Source: Phaeosaccion multiseriatum (taxonomy: Eukaryota > Protista > Ochrophyta, other classes). From it: a stretch of DNA of 64,000 nucleotides. Of this stretch, positions 58,955-64,000 are shown piece after piece. Each line of letters starts with the position of its first letter. The first letter of the stretch is position 1. The stretch lies in the NCBI GenBank assembly GCA_965112735.1, contig OZ218953.1, positions 3,968,001 to 4,032,000 of the forward strand, written 5' to 3'. A model generated the notes under the pieces. That model was given only the letters and a program-made list of their open reading frames with translations, made no database searches and had not been told where the DNA came from. Both the position numbers and the translations under genes were made by a program.

Positions 58955-61900
58955 GACAGAGAGAGTGTAAGAGAGGGAGTGAGAGGGTCAACAAGAGACG
59001 CAGAGAGACACACACAAACACACACACACAGAGAGAGAGAGCGCGCCACTGACGATGAGGGGTGGTGTGCAAGGAAAGTAGAAAGAAGAGATGGGAGAAG
59101 GGATGGCAAGACGGTCGCGGTGATTCTTGACTCTGAAACAACAGGGCGAGGGTGGTGAGAGCCACTGGTACCCTCCTTGGGAGCAAAGATGGTACTTAGT
59201 ATCCAGCAACAGCAGGAGGGAGATGCAATGCACAAAATATGACACATGGCCGCCGCTCGCTCTGTTCGAGCATTGAGGCCTCCATTCGAGAGGTCGAGAG
59301 AGGTCCTCCGCCGCACTCACTCACTCACTCATTCACTCACTCACTTGACTGTGGCGATCTTGCCGGCCTTCGTGAAGTGCGATTCGATCTGCTCCTTCAT
59401 GAACTGTCCGATGGCGGGGAGCTTCTTGTTGCTGAACAGAACACACAAGCGATAACACACACACACACACACAAATACACACACGCACACAGGCACTTGA
59501 GAGGGGCACTCATTGACAGCGACACCTAACTGCGACGTGCGCAGGAGGAAGAACGCTATCCATTCCACCCCCCCCGCTTCCTCCCTCCTTCTTCCCTACC
59601 CTGCCGTACCCGCTCATGTCCGTCTCTGTGGATTCGCCGAGCAGCTCCTCGCCTGCCCCCTCCGCCACCACCACCACAGCGTAGCCCTTGTCCGCCACTC
59701 GCTTCTCCAGGTGGGGAAGGCATCCCCGGTCTCCTCCCAGCACGATGGGTACTGCGGTATTTGGTTCGTTTTGTTTGGGGGGGGGGTGAGGCAAATGAAA
59801 TGGAACAAGTAAAGGTGCGGACGAGATGAGGCGAGTAATTGCATCGCTGGGCAGGAAGGAAGGAAGGAAGGAAGGAAGGAAGGAAGGTAGAGGCGGACTC
59901 ACGAAAAAGACACGAGAGAGACAGGCTCAGGTGCGAAGGAAAGGGGAAGGAGTTGAAACAAGGGCAGAACCAGCGCTGAACAGCAAGAACAAGGCTCGTG
60001 CGAGGAGAGGAGGGGAGATGGGTAGTGAGTTGTAGGTGTCAGCTTCCGCCGGGACTCTTACCTTCCGGAATAAGGCAGAGATCAATCTCTCCGCTGGCCA
60101 GCGTGGCGTAGGCTGCAATGTATCCTGCCGATCGCCCCATGAGCTTCACCACTCCGATCCCGTTGGGGAGGTTGCACTTCGCCTCCGTCACAGCAGACTT
60201 TTTGAGGGGAAGAGGGACAGGCATGTTTCGCTCGGTTAGGGGCCGCATGGTGTCCGGACTCGAGAAACCTACGAGCTTCCCCTTCCTACTCCCCCGTCCT
60301 CCCTCTCTCTCTCTCTCTTCTCCTCCTTTCGCCCTGTCCCTCTCCCCACCTCTCACCCTCTCCCTCCCCCCCCCCCCCTCTCCCCTGTCCCGCTGACCTT
60401 GATGGCCTGCTGTGCGGCCTCAACGGCGGTCAAGAAGCCGAAGGAGCGGTCGATGAGGTCGATGTCGTTGTCGATCGTCTTGGGGATGCCGGCCACGGAA
60501 ATGTTGAGTTTCTGCGAGCAAGAGAAGGACGGACAGACGGGCGAGACGCAGGCGGGCCGTCAAAAACAAGGCCCAAGCAAGCAGGCCCAACAAGGCCCAA
60601 TAAGGTAGGGCAGCTATCGGCGGTCAGTTCAGACGATGAGCTGGACCGACGCACAAAGGCACACAGGCAAATCCTTCGGGTGGTCCTAGTGAAATGTGTG
60701 GCCAACACTAGCACAACCCATGGGACAGCTCGTAAGTTTGGCTGCTGTGGTGTTGAGGCCTCCTTCCTACCTGTTTGATACACTCCTGGGCAATCAGATT
60801 GGCACCTCTGTGGGTCCCGTCCCCCCCAATCACGTACAGCTGGTTGATCTGGAGGAGGAGGAGGAGGAGGAGGAGACGGAGGAGGAGCAGGAGGAGGAGG
60901 AGCAGGAGCAGGAGGAGCAGCAGCAGCAGGAGGAGGAGGAACAGGAGGAGGAGGAGTAGGAGGAGCAGGACAGGGAGGAGGAGTAAGTGGTGGTGGTGGT
61001 GGGCGAGGAGGAGGAGGAGGAGGAGGAGGAGGAGGAGGAGGAGGAGGAGGAGGAGGAGGAGAAGTGAGCATGGTGGGGTGAGAGGAGCAAAAGACAGAAT
61101 AAAAGAACACTGAACGACACCGTACATAAAACACAAAAGGAGGAGCAGAGCGGAGGAGAAGGGAAGATTCATGGACCTTCGTCAACGACAAAGACCACAC
61201 CCCACACACCACACACGAGCAAAGCGCACACACACGACCAGTACACACACACTCGGTGTCGCCCTCTCTTTCTCTCTCTCTCCCTCACCTTGTACTTTTG
61301 CAGGAAGGCCATGATTTTGTCGAGCTCGAACCCTCCGCGTGACGACGACAGCACAGAGCCTGGCTCGTGCTGCAGCGATCTCACAGACTCCAGACTGAGC
61401 TCCATTGGCTCCAGATTAGGGTCGTAAAAGCCTTGCACACACACGAATGAAGACATCAAGGGGGGAGGTGAGGGGGGAGAAGGTGGACGGATGAAAGGTG
61501 AGGGCAAGAGGTGAAACAGCGATAGTGAGTGGTTTCAGTGGGTGGTGGGTGGGGGGTGAGGTGAGAGAAAGGGCTGAGTTAAAGGCGGGCTAGCACCAAC
61601 AAGGAGCGGGGTTGTGAGGTGGGCAGAGGGGCGAGAGAGCGAGACATGAAAATGAGATGACGTGTATGTTAGTGTTGTGTGTGTGCGTATGGAGAGAGAG
61701 AGATGAGACCATTCGTCCGTCAAGCCGGAGCCTAGCCGCCGTACTACCCCAGCTTATGCACCCACCTGAGAAGCCGCCCCTTGAAGAAGAAGAAGAAGAA
61801 GGAGGAGGAGGAGGAGGAGGAGGAGGAGGAGGAGGAGGAGAGGAGGGGGGTGAGGAGGAGGGGAGAAGGAGGGGAGAAGGAGGGAGATCAGACGAGTAGG

Positions 61901-63783
61901 GACGGGGCAGAGCGACGGGGAAAGGGGACGGACACCGGTGGTGGCAGGCGCAAGAACGTATGTCAGGTACCAAGTGAGAGCATCGCGCTCCTTTGGTGCT
62001 CAAGATGAGTGAGGAAGTGCTTACCTGATGCCCCACACTTGGTTGCACTTGTAGACCGCCTTGAGGCTCACCACGAGATGGTGGATTACGCTGTTGAGCC
62101 CCGGGCAAAGACCTCCACTGTCGAGCGAGACAACGATAGAGGGGGGGATTGGGGGGTCGATTAAGGGGGCGCGGAGAGCAGGCAAAGGACACCAAGGAGA
62201 CGCATCATATGGTCAACTGATGCAGGCCGCCCATGTGCCAACACAACACGTACCACGTAACGATGGCGGCATTCACCTGGAGGCGTGTCCAAGGAGGGGA
62301 AGGAAGGAGAGGTGGTGACAAGTGAGGCGGCGACGGTATCAAGGAGACTGCCTCCAATCGGTGGAGGTACACTGTGTCTTCAACTGGTGCGCGATCAGCC
62401 ACATGTGGCTCTCACTGCCACTGATTGGCAGCAGCCACGCGCGGCTCACTGATTGACTGACTGACGGACTGACTGAATGACTGACTGACTGACTCACTGA
62501 ATGACTGACTGACTGACTGACTGACTGACTGACTGAGCCACTGACTGACTGACTGACTGACTGAATGACTGAATGACTGACTGACGGACTGACGCACTGA
62601 CTGACTGACCCACTGACTGACTGATCCACTGACTGACTGACCCACTGACTGACTGACCCACTGACTGACTGACTGACTGACTGACTGACTGACTGACTGA
62701 CTGACTGACTGACTGAATGACTGACTGACTGACTGACTGGTTGACTGACTGACTGACTGAGTGAGTGAGTGAGTGAGTGAGTGAGTGAGTGAGTGACTGA
62801 CCCACTGACTGACTGACTGACTGACTGACTGACTGGTTGACTGACTGACTGGCCACTAGGACCTACGCGGCGAGAGTGTGCAGCGCGGTCGGTCAACCCT
62901 TCGATTTCAGCGTGAAAGGCGGTGGCGTGGAGAATGGCATGTCCTTTGACGTTGACGGCTCCCCCCCAGCTGCTTCCGCCCAAGTGGTTCGATTTACGAT
63001 CGTGTTTCCTTCACCTCATATCCTTACCTCGGACGGCTTGAAGTGCAGCGCTGGCCTGGGCCCGGCTCGCAGAAAGGCCTTCGCCTCGGGGGCCTTACTC
63101 ATGTCTCGCACTGCAGAGACAGAGGCAACAGGGAAAGGCAGGGAATGATGAGCGCCCATCCACTCGAAGGCCTGAATTCAAGGGACAGGAGACCAGGCTT
63201 TGTTCCCAGTAACAAGACAGATGTGGCGCCTGCTTTACTCCCTCCCCTCCTTGCGTCGCTTTCTCTCTGCAGCCAGAGGAGTTGCCCTCACCGTGCTCAT
63301 AGATGATGCAGTCATTCCTGTGGATCAGCTGTGGGTGAGAATATAAGCAGAGTGTGGGGAGAGAGCGTGGGGGGGGGCGGGTTGAGGTCGTGTTCTTCGT
63401 TTCTCCCTCCTCTATCCTTTCTTGTCTCATCTCCTTCGGTACTTGCTGCGCACCTTGTTGTAGAATGTGGGCTTGCCCATAGTGTTCTCGGTGATGACGT
63501 GGTTGGGAGTCATGCTGGACGGGAAGAACTCGCTAAGGTGCTGCGTGTCGCAGAGGAAGATCTTCTCCAGCTTGAAGCTAAAGCGAGGGCAGGCGCAGGC
63601 ACGCAAAGCAGAAAGAATGAACACCACGTCTCCAAACCTCTCCCCCAATAGCGCCGGCACTCACCCTGTGTCTGATCTTCCCTCGACTGGCCCGGCATCT
63701 TCATCGTGAAGCACGCCATCTGCGCCCACAATAAAGCTCTTTCGCTTAATGGAGTCAGCACTGGGCGTCGGGTTTTCCTCCAT
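57916..63783 (-). CDS. PFK: ATP-dependent 6-phosphofructokinase (plant/protist group X type), multi-exon, probably cytosolic
   Basis: VNAAIVT|[12 protein letters not shown]; SSRGG; [11 protein letters not shown]; [10 protein letters not shown]; [12 protein letters not shown]; VVVVAEGAG; [10 protein letters not shown]; [10 protein letters not shown]. Start MEENPTPS at 63783 is phase-matched to the next exon; no signal peptide. Confidence 0.93.
58313..58590. repeat. 11-bp minisatellite (CATGCTTGCTT)n in a PFK intron
   Basis: About 25 copies visible. Confidence 0.95.
62447..62850. repeat. (GACT)n/(GAGT)n microsatellite in a PFK intron
   Basis: Directly visible. Confidence 0.95.
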
Positions 63784-64000
63784 CTTCCTTTCTGCTTTCT
63801 CGACCCTTCTTCTCTTTTCTGCTCCCTTTTCACGTCAGTAGGCCTTCGACTGCAGCTCTACCAATTGACCTAAGAGAAAGAAGAGAGGAGGGAAAAAAAA
63901 AAGAGTTGGAAGTTTCAGCTCGGTTGACCGGCGCCCGCTGCACAATCCGATCCCCCTCCAAAACCGGTTCTCCCCCTTATGGCAGATTTCTGGGGGCCTG

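Overview
Intron-rich, GC-rich, microsatellite-laden eukaryotic nuclear DNA, most likely from a photosynthetic, probably flagellated stramenopile (ochrophyte). That call rests on a red-lineage LHC with a signal peptide plus AF-type plastid presequence, LPA1, CGLD27/Ycf36 and a TSNAXIP1-like gene. About 15 intact or near-intact genes, most of them GT-AG-spliced, were reconstructed by hand: TauE-family transporter, membrane-anchored FMO, FAM210/DUF1279, ankyrin protein, LPA1, ABCB half-transporter, CGLD27, LHCR, a small TM protein, KIAA1143/DUF4604-like, a coiled-coil protein, a DEDDy exonuclease-MOV10 helicase fusion, COG8, TSNAXIP1-like and ATP-PFK. There are also three pseudogenic segments (ARM repeat, RAD18-like RING-SAP-NZF, and an inverted fragment of the latter) and two very long, almost pure (GACA)n arrays. 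The two most notable findings are (1) one gene fusing an apparently catalytically intact EXD1/Egalitarian-type 3'-5' exonuclease to a complete MOV10/SDE3/Armitage helicase, a candidate RNA-silencing enzyme, and (2) a 46-bp perfect hairpin flanked by a 7-bp target-site duplication (a TIR-only transposon relic with Introner-like, frame-preserving splice geometry), with a second solo TIR 15.5 kb away. All homology calls come from motif recognition; no searches were run.
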